Assembly: GCA_027484685.1 (NCBI GenBank)
Contig: JAIXSO010000066.1
Coordinates: forward strand, 785 to 64,784
Length of the DNA stretch: 64,000 nt
Direction: 5' to 3'
Source of the DNA: Bacteroidota bacterium
GTDB lineage: Bacteria; Bacteroidota; Bacteroidia; UKL13-3
The translations under genes and the position numbers were made by a program. Positions 18,021 through 28,311 of the stretch are shown one piece after another. Each line of letters begins with the position of its first letter. Position 1 is the stretch's first letter. The notes under the pieces were generated by a model that made no database searches, was not told where the DNA came from, and saw only the letters and a program-made list of their open reading frames with translations.

Positions 18021-19883
18021 TTAGTCATTTAAATAATATGGAATTGATTCTTTAAAGTCATGAAGTATTTTTATTCTTTTTTTTGAGGTAAACAGTCTTA
18101 CTACTCTAGTTTCGGCTTTATTTTTTTTAATAAATTCTTTTTGAAAAAAATTATAGTTGGACTTATTGCTCTCATAGTAATTTGATGGAATTTCTACCAC
18201 TTTAATAACATTAAGTTTTTTTGCATTTTTTAAATTTAAATGTGCCAATGAATAGTGGTCGAAAGAGCAATAGTTTATTTTTCTGAGTATTTTTCTTGGA
18301 GTATTCTGTATTATATAATTTACATCACTATTGATAAATAGCACTCTTAACTCATCGCTTTTTAATTCATGTATATTGTTTAAATTTTTCCCTTTAGTAG
18401 CAGCTAAAGTATTTGAATCAATAAAATTTATAATAATAGTATTTATATTTTTCCTTTTTATTAAACTTAATGGTAAAAGGGAGTCTTTTGATAATAAAAT
18501 ATCATTGCCATTGGCCAAATAGTTTTCATATTCAAACGAATCAGGTTTTTGATATAATTCTCGGTAGTATTCTTGCTCTGATTTTTTTTTTGTAATTCCA
18601 TACTCAATGTCAGTAATAATTTGATAATCTGTTTTTGGAACTAAATAGAAATAATGAGTTGCTTTTTCTTCTTTACGAATAATTTTATTTTGCATTAACA
18701 AATAAAATTCTTGGTCTGAAAAATTAATTGTATCAGTTTTATAGTATACGGTACATACTAAGCAAGGTAAATTATACCAACATTTTTCATTATAAATTTT
18801 ATAGTCATAAACCCCATAATTGTATGTATCAAAGTATAAGTCAACATCAAATTCATTTACTATCCGACATCTATAATTTAGTTTAGCCTTATTTAAAATA
18901 TTTCCAAAATACTTTATTTGGCCATATATGTTATATTCTTCACATTTTAAGTTAGATGGTAAGCTGTCGAAACATAAATCTAGAATATCCATTTTTTTTA
19001 TGTTCAAGTATTCAAGACCTTTTGGTAAGTTTTTAAAACCTTCTACCTTTAATTTAAATTCTTCAAATGGAACTTTGTTTTGTTTAAAACAGGAATCAAA
19101 TGAAATAGGCATAGGTATTAAACTATCTAAATAAAAATTTTGGCTAGTTAGTTCTAAAATATCTTTACAATCTACTTTTTTATTCTTTTTAGGGTATATA
19201 AAATCAGAGTATTTATTTAATATAGAGGTATCAACTATTTTAAAACCATTCGCCATTTCAATATATATTTTGGTTAAGTTTTTAAAGCCTTTGAAATGGT
19301 ATTTAAAAGGATGGTCTGCATAAATATTAATTGTAGATACATTACTATTACTAACCATATCAAGTATTTGGGTTGCTAAAATATCGCATTGTGGTATTGA
19401 ATTGGTATCTTTAAAATCGCTTAAATTACCAGTGTATTTTGTTACGTATAAATCTAAATAACTTAAATTAGATATGTCAAAGTTGTAGATGGTCGACCAT
19501 ATAGAAGCTATTTCTTTTGGGATTTCTAATTTTCGCTTTCTAAAATATGCTAAAGTGTCTGTAATAGAATCAGCAACCATTCTAGGTTTTTTAAATCCTA
19601 ATCTTTCTTCTATTTCAACTTGTCTAAATCTACTCCAATTAGTAAAAGTATCTTTAGTAAATGTGTAAAACTCTGAAGTAATTCTTTTATCAAGTAAAAA
19701 TTCAGAAGTGTCAAACGCCATTGTACGTATTATTAAAGTAGAAATATCATTGTTATAGCCAAGCTTAAATAACTTTTTATATTCTAAGAAGTTACTATTA
19801 GGAATAGGTCTGTTAATTACATCTTGTCCATTGGTATTTAAGTATATAATAGTGTAAATAAGTATGGTTAAATATTTTTTCAT
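18021..19883 (-). CDS. Hypothetical secreted protein (620 aa), very AT-rich, possible leucine-rich-repeat-like segments
   Basis: ATG start and a signal peptide (MKKYLTILIYTIIYLNTNGQ). Strongly A/T-skewed codon usage relative to its neighbours. It contains LxxLxL-like segments (LEYLNIKKMDILDLCFDSLPSNLK). There are no enzymatic motifs. Confidence 0.55.
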   Translation of the reverse strand: MKKYLTILIYTIIYLNTNGQDVINRPIPNSNFLEYKKLFKLGYNNDISTLIIRTMAFDTSEFLLDKRITSEFYTFTKDTFTNWSRFRQVEIEERLGFKKPRMVADSITDTLAYFRKRKLEIPKEIASIWSTIYNFDISNLSYLDLYVTKYTGNLSDFKDTNSIPQCDILATQILDMVSNSNVSTINIYADHPFKYHFKGFKNLTKIYIEMANGFKIVDTSILNKYSDFIYPKKNKKVDCKDILELTSQNFYLDSLIPMPISFDSCFKQNKVPFEEFKLKVEGFKNLPKGLEYLNIKKMDILDLCFDSLPSNLKCEEYNIYGQIKYFGNILNKAKLNYRCRIVNEFDVDLYFDTYNYGVYDYKIYNEKCWYNLPCLVCTVYYKTDTINFSDQEFYLLMQNKIIRKEEKATHYFYLVPKTDYQIITDIEYGITKKKSEQEYYRELYQKPDSFEYENYLANGNDILLSKDSLLPLSLIKRKNINTIIINFIDSNTLAATKGKNLNNIHELKSDELRVLFINSDVNYIIQNTPRKILRKINYCSFDHYSLAHLNLKNAKKLNVIKVVEIPSNYYESNKSNYNFFQKEFIKKNKAETRVVRLFTSKKRIKILHDFKESIPYYLND

Positions 19884-19986
19884 TCTAGTTTATAACTAAG
19901 TTTACCTCAAATTAACGTGAAAAAGTTTAAATATATTCACTCATAAAATATAAAGCAATATAAGTTATTTGGATAAATTTTAAAAA

Positions 19987-20100
19987 ATGGCGGGACGCCT
20001 ATCAAACTCACACTCGCAAGATGCGAGCGAGTGCGAAGGGGTGTGAGATTGCTTCGTATCCGATAGCTATCGGACTCGCAATGACGTTATTATTGTATAT
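19987..20100. other. GC-rich, highly structured ~110-nt element in an AT-rich spacer (candidate ncRNA, 5' leader or terminator complex)
   Basis: Nested hairpins: ggcg/gga/cgcc; then ctcacac-tcgca-agatgcgagcgag-tgcga-agggg-gtgtgag; then the perfect 16-bp palindrome tccgatagctatcgga. The actcgcaa motif is repeated. It lies between the 3' end of the FG-GAP gene and the 5' end of the 620-aa gene. Confidence 0.35.
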
Positions 20101-20160
20101 CGTTTTATAATTTATCATTCCTACGGTCTATCAACTATGGTCTATCGTCTATCAACTAAC

Positions 20161-21966
20161 TTACTCTTTCACCAATTTTTTTACCAACACGCCCATTTCT
20201 GTTTGAACATGTATTTGATACAAACCTTGTGGTAAATGGCTTATATTTATTTCGTCTGTTCGGCTATTGGGTTCTTGTTGTAACAATTGTTTACCAGTTA
20301 TATCAAAAACCAAAATGCTTTGCATGCTAACAGGGCTTTGTATTTGTACCAAACCGCTAGTTGGGTTAGGGAAAATGCTAATTGCTGCGCTGTTTTTTGT
20401 TAAATTATTAATGCCTACAGTTTGTATATTTATATAACTGCTGCGTAATAATGAATCTGAATTAAAAGGATTGGTAACTTTAAGCTGCACGCTGTAATTA
20501 GCCGTTTGATTAAACTTGACAATGGGGTTAGCACTGGTATCTGAAGTACCGTTTTGGTAAGTAAAAGTATTGGGTGTAATGCTCCATTTATAAGTACTAG
20601 AAAAACCGGTACTGTATTGGGTAAAGTTAAACACCGTATTTTGGTTACCACTGGTGGTATTAACCCGCCACAAAGCTTTAGGTGGGGTAGGGTGAACAGC
20701 ACCATCTAGGCTTAGTAAGTAAATGGCGCCTTTGTCTGTGCCGCCATCGTCTGTACCAAATGCTCCAACAATCAAATCATTTTTAAAATCGCCATCTAAA
20801 TCAAAACCACCCGATAAGCCAGAACCAAAGTAATCGCCATCTTTTAATACTCCTGAAAAATTTAATGAATTATTATCAATACGTTTTATTGATTTAACAG
20901 TTCCATTACTATTTAAAAACAAAATGCGTACTCTTCCAGTATTAATACTATTTACATTATCAGTTACTGATGAAACAGCTAAATCTGGAATTGAATCATT
21001 GTCTAAGTCACCTAAATTTGTAATATTACTACCAAATAATTCCCCACTTTTGATTGTGTCAGTGTAATTTCCAGAATCAGAATCAATCTTTTGAAATGCT
21101 TTAACTTTAGCGGAACTATCTAACATTAAAACCCATAAAGGTTCAAAAGAACCAACAATTAAATCTTCAATTTTATCTTTGTTTATATCTCCTGCATTTA
21201 CAAGAGTTTTACCAAATAATGCACCCCCACTAAGAACCCCTTTGAAATTCCCATTTGTACTACTAATTTTTTGTGTTTTTTTAATTACAAGCTGTTTATC
21301 TAAAAAAATAATATAAACAATTCCATAGTAACCACCCCCATCATTATTACCTGTTGACCCAACAACAATTTCATTTAAATTATCACCATCAATATCTTTA
21401 AGTGATGCTACTGATGACCCAAAATATTCATCGTTGTTTAGGACAAAGTCATTTGAACCTAAAATTTTATATGATTTTACCATACCTTGTTCTGTCAGCA
21501 TTAATATATAAATTTCCCCTTTACTGTTGCCTCCACCTGAACTATTTCCTACAATAATATCATTTATGCCATCGTCATTTAAATCTCCAAGAGTTGATAT
21601 TGATTGGCCAAAACTTTGCATTGAATTGTTAAAAGTGCCATTAAGCCCTCCGATATTAGGACCAATCCTTGTAAAAGATTTTACTGTTTGATTTTTATTT
21701 ATAAAAAGTATAAATATATTTCCCGTCTGATTAGCTATATCATAGGCGGATACAGCTAAATCTGCTATCCCATCTTTGTCTATATCACCTATATTTATAA
21801 TACAAGTTCCAAGTCTCTGAAGATTTGAACTCATGCCTGAAAACATCCCGCTTGTAGAACTAATTTTAGAATATTTATTTATATTATAATTTTGACTATA
21901 GATTTTGGTGATACATATAAATATCACAGCTAAAATTAATATACTTTTTTTTATATTTGACATCAT
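20161..21966 (-). CDS. FG-GAP/VCBS repeat-containing secreted protein with T9SS type A C-terminal sorting domain
   Basis: 601 aa with a signal peptide. Repeated DxDGDG/DLNDDGINDIIVG integrin-alpha FG-GAP-like calcium-binding motifs are followed by a PKD-like segment. The Por-secretion-tail-like C-terminus is AISIFPNPTSGLVQIQ...LPQGLYQIHVQ. Confidence 0.8.
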   Translation of the reverse strand: MMSNIKKSILILAVIFICITKIYSQNYNINKYSKISSTSGMFSGMSSNLQRLGTCIINIGDIDKDGIADLAVSAYDIANQTGNIFILFINKNQTVKSFTRIGPNIGGLNGTFNNSMQSFGQSISTLGDLNDDGINDIIVGNSSGGGNSKGEIYILMLTEQGMVKSYKILGSNDFVLNNDEYFGSSVASLKDIDGDNLNEIVVGSTGNNDGGGYYGIVYIIFLDKQLVIKKTQKISSTNGNFKGVLSGGALFGKTLVNAGDINKDKIEDLIVGSFEPLWVLMLDSSAKVKAFQKIDSDSGNYTDTIKSGELFGSNITNLGDLDNDSIPDLAVSSVTDNVNSINTGRVRILFLNSNGTVKSIKRIDNNSLNFSGVLKDGDYFGSGLSGGFDLDGDFKNDLIVGAFGTDDGGTDKGAIYLLSLDGAVHPTPPKALWRVNTTSGNQNTVFNFTQYSTGFSSTYKWSITPNTFTYQNGTSDTSANPIVKFNQTANYSVQLKVTNPFNSDSLLRSSYINIQTVGINNLTKNSAAISIFPNPTSGLVQIQSPVSMQSILVFDITGKQLLQQEPNSRTDEINISHLPQGLYQIHVQTEMGVLVKKLVKE

Positions 21967-22287
21967 AATTAAATCAACATATCGTTAGAATGAATAAATA
22001 TTCTTGAAGGTTTTTGATATACGGCATAAGCCATATCAAGAAACAATTATAACCAAACATTTAGGTTTTTAAAAACCATTTAAACAAAAAATAATTGGTT
22101 TTATATCCATCCTATTTTTAAATGGCTTTTGAGTTGGGTTAGGTAACTTGGTTAGTTAATGGCAAAAAACCTAATAAATATTAACTATTTAAGGCTTAGT
22201 AAAATTTACACTAGCAAAAACGCTACAAAAAATTATTTTTGCTCGATTTATAATCACTAATAAAAACAAAAAACACTCTAAAATCCT

Positions 22288-23637
22288 ATGGCCGAATTTC
22301 AACTAGTAATGCCTAAAATGGGCGAAAGTATTGCCGAAGCAACCATTATTAAATGGCTAAAAAACGAAGGTGATGCCATTGCTGCCGATGAAACTGTATT
22401 AGAAATAGCTACCGATAAAGTAGATAGCGAAGTACCAAGCCCTAAAGCTGGTATTTTGAAAAAGAAATTATACAATGATGGTGATGTAGTGGCTGTAAAT
22501 ATGCCAATTGCTATTTTAGAACTAGAAGGAACTGCTGGCGCAACGCCAAGTGCTCCTGCTGCTCCTGTGGTAGAAACACCAAAAGTGGTAACTCAAATAG
22601 AAGCTACTGTTCAGCATGCTGTAAATACTGCTGCACCTGCGGCTAATGCTGGAAGCAATAAATTTTATAGTCCGTTGGTATTAAACATAGCTCGCGAAGA
22701 AAACGTAAGCATGGCGGAATTAGAAACCATAAGCGGAAGCGGAAACGAAGGCCGCGTAACCAAACGCGATATTTTAAATTATGTAAGCAATAGAGCAAAT
22801 GGAACGGTTTCTGCATCAGCAGTTACCAGCACTCCAGCTGCTATTCCTGCACAAATAGTGGAAGCGAAAGTAGAAGCTCCAAAACCTACAGCACCTGCTG
22901 CGCCTAAAGCTGCACCAAGTGTTAGCGGTGGCGATGAAATCATAGAAATGGATCGTATGCGTAAACTTATTGCCGACCACATGGTAATGAGTAAACACAC
23001 CAGTCCACATGTTACTAGCTTTGTAGAAGCTGATGTAACCAATATGGTTTTATGGCGCGAGAAAAACAAAAAAGCATTTGAAAAACGTGAAGGTGAAAAA
23101 ATTACATTTACACCATTATTTATAGAGTGTGTAGCACGAGCTATTAAAGATTACCCAATGATTAATTGCAGTGTAGATGGCACTAATATCATTAAGAAAA
23201 AAGCCATTAATATTGGCATGGCGGCTGCTTTGCCAAGCGGCAACTTAATAGTTCCAGTAATTAAAAATGCTGACACCATGAACTTAATTGGAATTACCAA
23301 ACAAGTAAATGATTTGGCTAACAGAGCAAGAGCTAACCAATTAAAACCAGACGAAATTCAAGGTGGAACATTTACGTTAACTAATGTTGGTGGTTTTGGA
23401 AACGTAATGGGAACTCCTATTATTAACCAACCTCAAGTAGCTATTATGGCTACTGGTGTAGTTAAAAAGAAACCTGCTGTTATAGAAACAGAATATGGCG
23501 ATGTAATAGCCATCCGTCATATGATGTTTTTATCTTTAAGCTACGACCATAGAGTAGTAGATGGTTCATTAGGCGGTAGCTTTTTACGCAGAGTTGCGGA
23601 TTACATGGAACAATGGGATGTTAACAGAGAATCGTAA
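22288..23637 (+). CDS. Dihydrolipoamide acyltransferase (E2) component of a 2-oxo acid dehydrogenase complex
   Basis: N-terminal lipoyl domain (ETDKVDSEVPSP with the lipoyl-Lys context). Ala/Pro-rich linkers. A peripheral subunit-binding domain (SPLVLNIAREENV). C-terminal catalytic domain with the DHRVVDG active-site motif. Confidence 0.9.
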   Translation: MAEFQLVMPKMGESIAEATIIKWLKNEGDAIAADETVLEIATDKVDSEVPSPKAGILKKKLYNDGDVVAVNMPIAILELEGTAGATPSAPAAPVVETPKVVTQIEATVQHAVNTAAPAANAGSNKFYSPLVLNIAREENVSMAELETISGSGNEGRVTKRDILNYVSNRANGTVSASAVTSTPAAIPAQIVEAKVEAPKPTAPAAPKAAPSVSGGDEIIEMDRMRKLIADHMVMSKHTSPHVTSFVEADVTNMVLWREKNKKAFEKREGEKITFTPLFIECVARAIKDYPMINCSVDGTNIIKKKAINIGMAAALPSGNLIVPVIKNADTMNLIGITKQVNDLANRARANQLKPDEIQGGTFTLTNVGGFGNVMGTPIINQPQVAIMATGVVKKKPAVIETEYGDVIAIRHMMFLSLSYDHRVVDGSLGGSFLRRVADYMEQWDVNRES

Positions 23638-23658
23638 GATTTTAAATTTTATATTTGA

Positions 23659-23691
23659 AGCCATCAACCTAAAAGTTGATGGCTTTTTTTG
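23659..23691 (+). terminator. Rho-independent terminator after the E2 gene
   Basis: Hairpin agccatcaac/ctaaaa/gttgatggc followed by T7. Confidence 0.7.
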
Positions 23692-23878
23692 TTCGTTAAA
23701 CACACATTTTTGCTCACACAAACCAAGACAGTACTCAATTTAAATACATAATTAGGTCATTTAAACAATAAATAACACCATTTATCTGATTAAATCTTTT
23801 TCATGCTATTGTTTTTCCAAAATTTTTTACTTCCTTCCCTAAAATTTGTTGTATATTACATTTTTAAATAAACACAAA

Positions 23879-23917
23879 TTATCCCAAAAAGAAACAATAT
23901 GCCATTTTTGGGATATT
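23879..23917. promoter_or_regulatory. Inverted repeat (tatcccaaaaa N13 tttttgggata) upstream of the LruC-domain gene
   Basis: 11-12-bp perfect arms, about 85-120 bp upstream of the ATG at 24002. It is followed by duplicated TTGACTTTT motifs at 23943-23970. Confidence 0.3.
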
Positions 23918-24001
23918 ACAAATAGCCTGTTTTTACATAAATATTTGACTTTTAAATACTTGACTTTTTTGGAGCAATTATAGCTTACATAATATTATAA
24001 C

Positions 24002-26014
24002 ATGAAAACAATTAATAAAATATACAATATGAAAAGTTTAATTATTACAGCAGCAGTAGCCATTACTTTTGCATCATGCCAAAAAGTAGTAAAAGAAACT
24101 ACAGTTGTTACCCCAACCAATGTAACCAACATTGACCAAATGGTGGTTCCTGAAAACTTTAATTATAACACCACTGTTTCAACGCAGGTAAGCGTTAAAC
24201 TACTAACTAATGACGATAAGCCAATTTCAGGTGTTAGAGTAGATATTATGGATGGTGCTAGCGACTTGAATAGTAAAACCTATTTAACAGGTTCAACAGA
24301 TGCAAACGGTATATTTAATGCTACACTTGAACTACCTACAGCAGTTAGCCAAGTAATAGTAAATACAGACTATATTGGAATTCCTAACGATGTTATTTTA
24401 GATGTAAATAATGCAACGGCTTCAGTGGTGTTAGGTGGTTCTGCTCCTCAAAAAATAATAACTGCTGTTGGTAAAGTAACTAATGTAAAAACAACAAGCT
24501 TAGGAAAAGCTACTGATTTTTCATTCCGTTTAGGAACTTGGAACTCAAGTGGAGTACCCAACTATTTAGAAACACCGAGAGATGTAATTTCAAGTGCATT
24601 TTTAGCAGATGTAAATGCTACATTACCGGAATACAGACCTGTACCAACTTTTAATCCAGAATATTTAAGCAATTCAGTAGAAAGAAACTTAAAGATTACG
24701 GCCTTATCTGATGTTTGGATAACTTTTGTTCATGAGGGTGCAGGAAATTTAAATGCTCTATTTTACTATGTTTATAATAAAAACACACCGCCTGCAACAC
24801 CAAACGATATAGATTCATTGATTGCTATTTTCCCTAATTTCTCTTATTCAGGAAGTGGAGGAGGATTAACAAGTGGCGATAGAGTGAGAATAGGTCGTTT
24901 TGGTGCTGATACAGTTATTGGTTTTGCCATTTCATCTAACGGATATAAAGGTGCAACCATTAGTACAAGCCCTTTATATTTTTCTGATAAAAACTTAAAC
25001 ACAACAGAATTAGATCCGAATAAAAAAGAACATTCAGTATTATTTTACGATAATGTAGCTAACAGATTCTTGTTTGGTTTTGAAGATTTACCAAGAACAA
25101 CAGGTGACAATGATTTTAACGATGCTATTTTCTTTGCTAAAGCAAATCCGGTAACAGCTATTTCGCAAACTAATGTATTGCCAATGAAACCTTCGGTTGA
25201 TGCTGATAATGATGGTGTTTCTGACGAACAAGATGATTACCCAAATGATGGAACTAAAGCATTTAACAACTATTATCCATCAATTAGTGGCGGAGCAAGT
25301 GTAGCATTTGAAGACCAATGGCCAAGTAAAGGCGATTACGATATGAACGATGTAGTTGTAGATTACAGATACAAAGTAATTACCAACGCATCTAATAGAG
25401 TAGTAAGAGTTGAAGGTAAATTTAAACCAAGAGCAGCAGGTGGTGTTTATAAAAATGGTTTCGGAGTTGAATTCCCGGCTTTAAGATCAAATATTAAAAA
25501 CATGACAGGTGCTACTTTAGAAGAAGGACAAACCAACGGTGTAGCTATAATTTTTACCAACTCAAGAGCTAAACTTAACAATTGGTTTAACACTGTTAGT
25601 TCAGAGCCATTCCAAAACACCGATACCATTGAAATGAGTTTTGAATTAAATACACCAATTGCATTAACAACCTTTACATTGGGCTCTTACAATCCGTTTA
25701 TATATGTTGATGAGGTTGGCAAAGGTAGAGGATTTGAAATACATTTAGCTGGCAAAACTCCTACTTCGTTGGCTAATAAATCAATATTTGGAACCGGAAG
25801 CGACAATACAAACCAAAGTACAGTATTTTATAAAACTAAAAATAACTTACCGTTTGCTATCAATATTCCTGAAAGCTTCAAATATCCAAAAGAAAAGGTT
25901 CAAATTATCAATGCATACAATTTCTTTGTTACTTGGGCACAATCTGGAGGAACAACAAGAACTGATTGGTACAAAAACACATCGGGCTACAGAAATAATG
26001 CAAATATTTATTAA
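24002..26014 (+). CDS. LruC domain-containing lipoprotein
   Basis: 670 aa. Lipoprotein signal (ITFASCQ). Characteristic LruC-domain acidic motifs: TGDNDFNDAIFF, DADNDGVSDEQDDYPNDG and DYDMNDVVVDYRY. Confidence 0.8.
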   Translation: MKTINKIYNMKSLIITAAVAITFASCQKVVKETTVVTPTNVTNIDQMVVPENFNYNTTVSTQVSVKLLTNDDKPISGVRVDIMDGASDLNSKTYLTGSTDANGIFNATLELPTAVSQVIVNTDYIGIPNDVILDVNNATASVVLGGSAPQKIITAVGKVTNVKTTSLGKATDFSFRLGTWNSSGVPNYLETPRDVISSAFLADVNATLPEYRPVPTFNPEYLSNSVERNLKITALSDVWITFVHEGAGNLNALFYYVYNKNTPPATPNDIDSLIAIFPNFSYSGSGGGLTSGDRVRIGRFGADTVIGFAISSNGYKGATISTSPLYFSDKNLNTTELDPNKKEHSVLFYDNVANRFLFGFEDLPRTTGDNDFNDAIFFAKANPVTAISQTNVLPMKPSVDADNDGVSDEQDDYPNDGTKAFNNYYPSISGGASVAFEDQWPSKGDYDMNDVVVDYRYKVITNASNRVVRVEGKFKPRAAGGVYKNGFGVEFPALRSNIKNMTGATLEEGQTNGVAIIFTNSRAKLNNWFNTVSSEPFQNTDTIEMSFELNTPIALTTFTLGSYNPFIYVDEVGKGRGFEIHLAGKTPTSLANKSIFGTGSDNTNQSTVFYKTKNNLPFAINIPESFKYPKEKVQIINAYNFFVTWAQSGGTTRTDWYKNTSGYRNNANIY

Positions 26015-26045
26015 TCAAATACCTTAAAATTCATATATCCTTTAA

Positions 26046-26082
26046 AAACCTTCTTGAGCAAATGCTCAAGAAGGTTTTTTGC
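26046..26082 (+). terminator. Rho-independent terminator after the LruC-domain gene
   Basis: Hairpin aaccttcttgagca/aat/gctcaagaaggtt followed by a T-run. Confidence 0.7.
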
Positions 26083-26261
26083 TTTTAAGTTATTAATATA
26101 TACCTCAACCAATTAGCTATTTAACAAATAATCAATTTTTTATAAATAATTGGTATAATAAACCTACCTTTGAAAACCTTTAATTTTTTTCATCGCTAAA
26201 TCTTAATTACAAGCCAAAGCCCTGCAAAAACATTCAGGGCAATAACAATTAATAATAAATA

Positions 26262-26801
26262 ATGGCTAAATCACAAGAAACTTTCAGTAAAAAAGAAAAA
26301 GAAAAATTAAAACTTAAAAAAAGAAAAGAAAAAGAGGAAAAACGCGAAGAGCGCAAAGCTAATGCCGTAAAAGGCCAAAGCCTTGAAGAGATGTTTGCTT
26401 ACGTTGACGAAAATGGTAACATTACCACCACCCCTCCCGATCCTAAAAAACGCAGGGTAGTAAATGCTGAAGACATGCTTATTGGTGTGGCTAAACAAGC
26501 AGCTGCCGAACCTCAAGATTTAATTCGTAAAGGAGTAATAACGTTTTTTAACGAATCGAAAGGATACGGATTTATTAAAGACTTAAAAAGCCAAGAAAGT
26601 GTATTTGTGCATATAAATGGTATTTTAGACCAAGTAAAAGAAGGTGATAAAGTAACCTTTGAAACCGAAATGACTCACAAAGGTGCTAGCGCTGTTAAAG
26701 TAAAACTTGAAGTAGTAGAAAAAGTAAAACCTGCTGCTAAAGTTGAAGAAACTAAAACAGTAGATACCACTGAACTTAAAGTTGACAAACCAACAGAATA
26801 A
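26262..26801 (+). CDS. Cold-shock domain (CSD) protein with Lys/Glu-rich N-terminal extension
   Basis: 179 aa. The central CSD carries the RNP1-like GYGFIKD motif and VFVHINGI. The N-terminal 40 aa are KEKEKLKLKKRKEKEEKREERK. Confidence 0.8.
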   Translation: MAKSQETFSKKEKEKLKLKKRKEKEEKREERKANAVKGQSLEEMFAYVDENGNITTTPPDPKKRRVVNAEDMLIGVAKQAAAEPQDLIRKGVITFFNESKGYGFIKDLKSQESVFVHINGILDQVKEGDKVTFETEMTHKGASAVKVKLEVVEKVKPAAKVEETKTVDTTELKVDKPTE

Positions 26802-26819
26802 TTTTATTTATACCACAAA

Positions 26820-26856
26820 AAAAGCCTACTTAAGTAAACTTAAGCAGGCTTTTTAA
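26820..26856. terminator. Bidirectional terminator between the convergent csd gene and accC
   Basis: Hairpin agcctacttaag/taaa/cttaagcaggct (one mismatch), flanked by an A-run and a T-run. Confidence 0.55.
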
Positions 26857-26874
26857 TTTAAAATTATTTGGTAA

Positions 26875-28221
26875 TTATTTATTTATATCAAATGTATTCA
26901 TAAAAGCAGTTGTAAAATTACCTGCTTTAAAATCCTCGTTTTGCATTAATTTCATTTGCAAAGGAATAGTGGTTTTTAAACCTGGCCCTTCAATAATAAA
27001 CTCACCTAATGCACGTTCCATTTTAATAATTGCTTCTTCGCGTGTTTGCGCACTTACAATCATTTTGGCAATCATACTATCGTAGTTTGAAGGAATGGTA
27101 TAACCTGCATAAACGTGTGTATCTACCCTTACTCCATGTCCACCTGGTTTGTGTAAATAGTCAATTCTTCCTGGAGTTGGTCTAAAGTTATTATAAGGAT
27201 CTTCTGCATTGATACGAACCTCAATACAATGCTTAGTTGGATAATGATCTTTACCACTAATTGGTTGGCCAGCCGCAATTAATATTTGCTCTTTTACTAA
27301 ATCATAATTAATTACTTCTTCAGTAACAGGATGCTCCACTTGAATACGCGTATTCATTTCCATAAAATAGAAATTTCGGTGTTTATCAACCAAAAACTCA
27401 ATAGTACCTAAACCTTCGTATCCAATAGCTGATGCACCTTTTTTAGCTGCCTCACCCATTTTTTCTCTTAACTCTGGAGTCATAAATGGCGAAGGAGACT
27501 CTTCAATTAACTTTTGATGTCTACGTTGAATAGAGCAATCTCTTTCGCTTAAATGGCAAACTTTACCATATTGATCGCCCGCTAACTGAATTTCGATATG
27601 ACGAGGTTCCTCTACATATTTTTCCATGTAAATTCCATCGTTTCCAAAAGCCGCCTTCGATTCTTGTTTGGCACTATCCCAATTTTTTTCAAAATCTTCC
27701 GATTTCCAAATAATACGCATACCTCTTCCACCACCACCGGCAGTAGCTTTAATAATTACAGGATAACCAATTTCCTCGGCTAACTTAATCCCTTCTTCAA
27801 AACTGCCTAATAAACCATCAGAACCAGGAATTACAGGAACTCCAGCTTTTTTCATGGTGTCTTTAGCGTTCGATTTATCGCCCATGGCATTAATCATTTC
27901 TGGGCTTGCGCCAATAAATTTAATACCGTGGTCTTTACAAATTTGGCTGAACTTTGCATTTTCACTTAAAAAACCATAACCCGGATGAATCGCATCAGAA
28001 TTGGTAATTTCGGCTGCAGCTATAATATTAGCCATATTCAAATACGATTGTTGCGAGGGTGGAGGTCCAATACAAACTGCCTCATCAGCAAAACGTACAT
28101 GTAAACTTTCTTTATCGGCAGTACTGTAAACAGCTACTGTTTTAATGCCCATTTCGCGTGCAGTTCTTATTACACGTAAGGCTATTTCGCCTCTATTGGC
28201 AATTAGAATTTTTTTAAACAT
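26875..28221 (-). CDS. accC: Acetyl-CoA carboxylase, biotin carboxylase subunit
   Basis: 448 aa. ATP-grasp fold with GGGGRGM, and [14 protein letters not shown]. The gene is immediately upstream of accB. Confidence 0.95.
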   Translation of the reverse strand: MFKKILIANRGEIALRVIRTAREMGIKTVAVYSTADKESLHVRFADEAVCIGPPPSQQSYLNMANIIAAAEITNSDAIHPGYGFLSENAKFSQICKDHGIKFIGASPEMINAMGDKSNAKDTMKKAGVPVIPGSDGLLGSFEEGIKLAEEIGYPVIIKATAGGGGRGMRIIWKSEDFEKNWDSAKQESKAAFGNDGIYMEKYVEEPRHIEIQLAGDQYGKVCHLSERDCSIQRRHQKLIEESPSPFMTPELREKMGEAAKKGASAIGYEGLGTIEFLVDKHRNFYFMEMNTRIQVEHPVTEEVINYDLVKEQILIAAGQPISGKDHYPTKHCIEVRINAEDPYNNFRPTPGRIDYLHKPGGHGVRVDTHVYAGYTIPSNYDSMIAKMIVSAQTREEAIIKMERALGEFIIEGPGLKTTIPLQMKLMQNEDFKAGNFTTAFMNTFDINK

Positions 28222-28311
28222 AAAGTTTGGTTTGATATTATTTATTAATACAATTAGCCCATAATCAATTGATTAAAGGCTAATAATAAAGGTTTTTTCT
28301 ATGCAATTGAA

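Noticed and set aside
19987-20100. tRNA in the GC-rich island
   Set aside because: No cloverleaf. There is no GTTC(G/A)A T-loop or D-loop consensus on either strand. The hairpins are nested rather than tRNA-like.
25788-26027. 79-aa ORF overlapping the 3' end of the LruC-domain gene in another frame
   Set aside because: Same-strand overlap with a well-supported CDS. There are no features, and the terminator follows the LruC stop.
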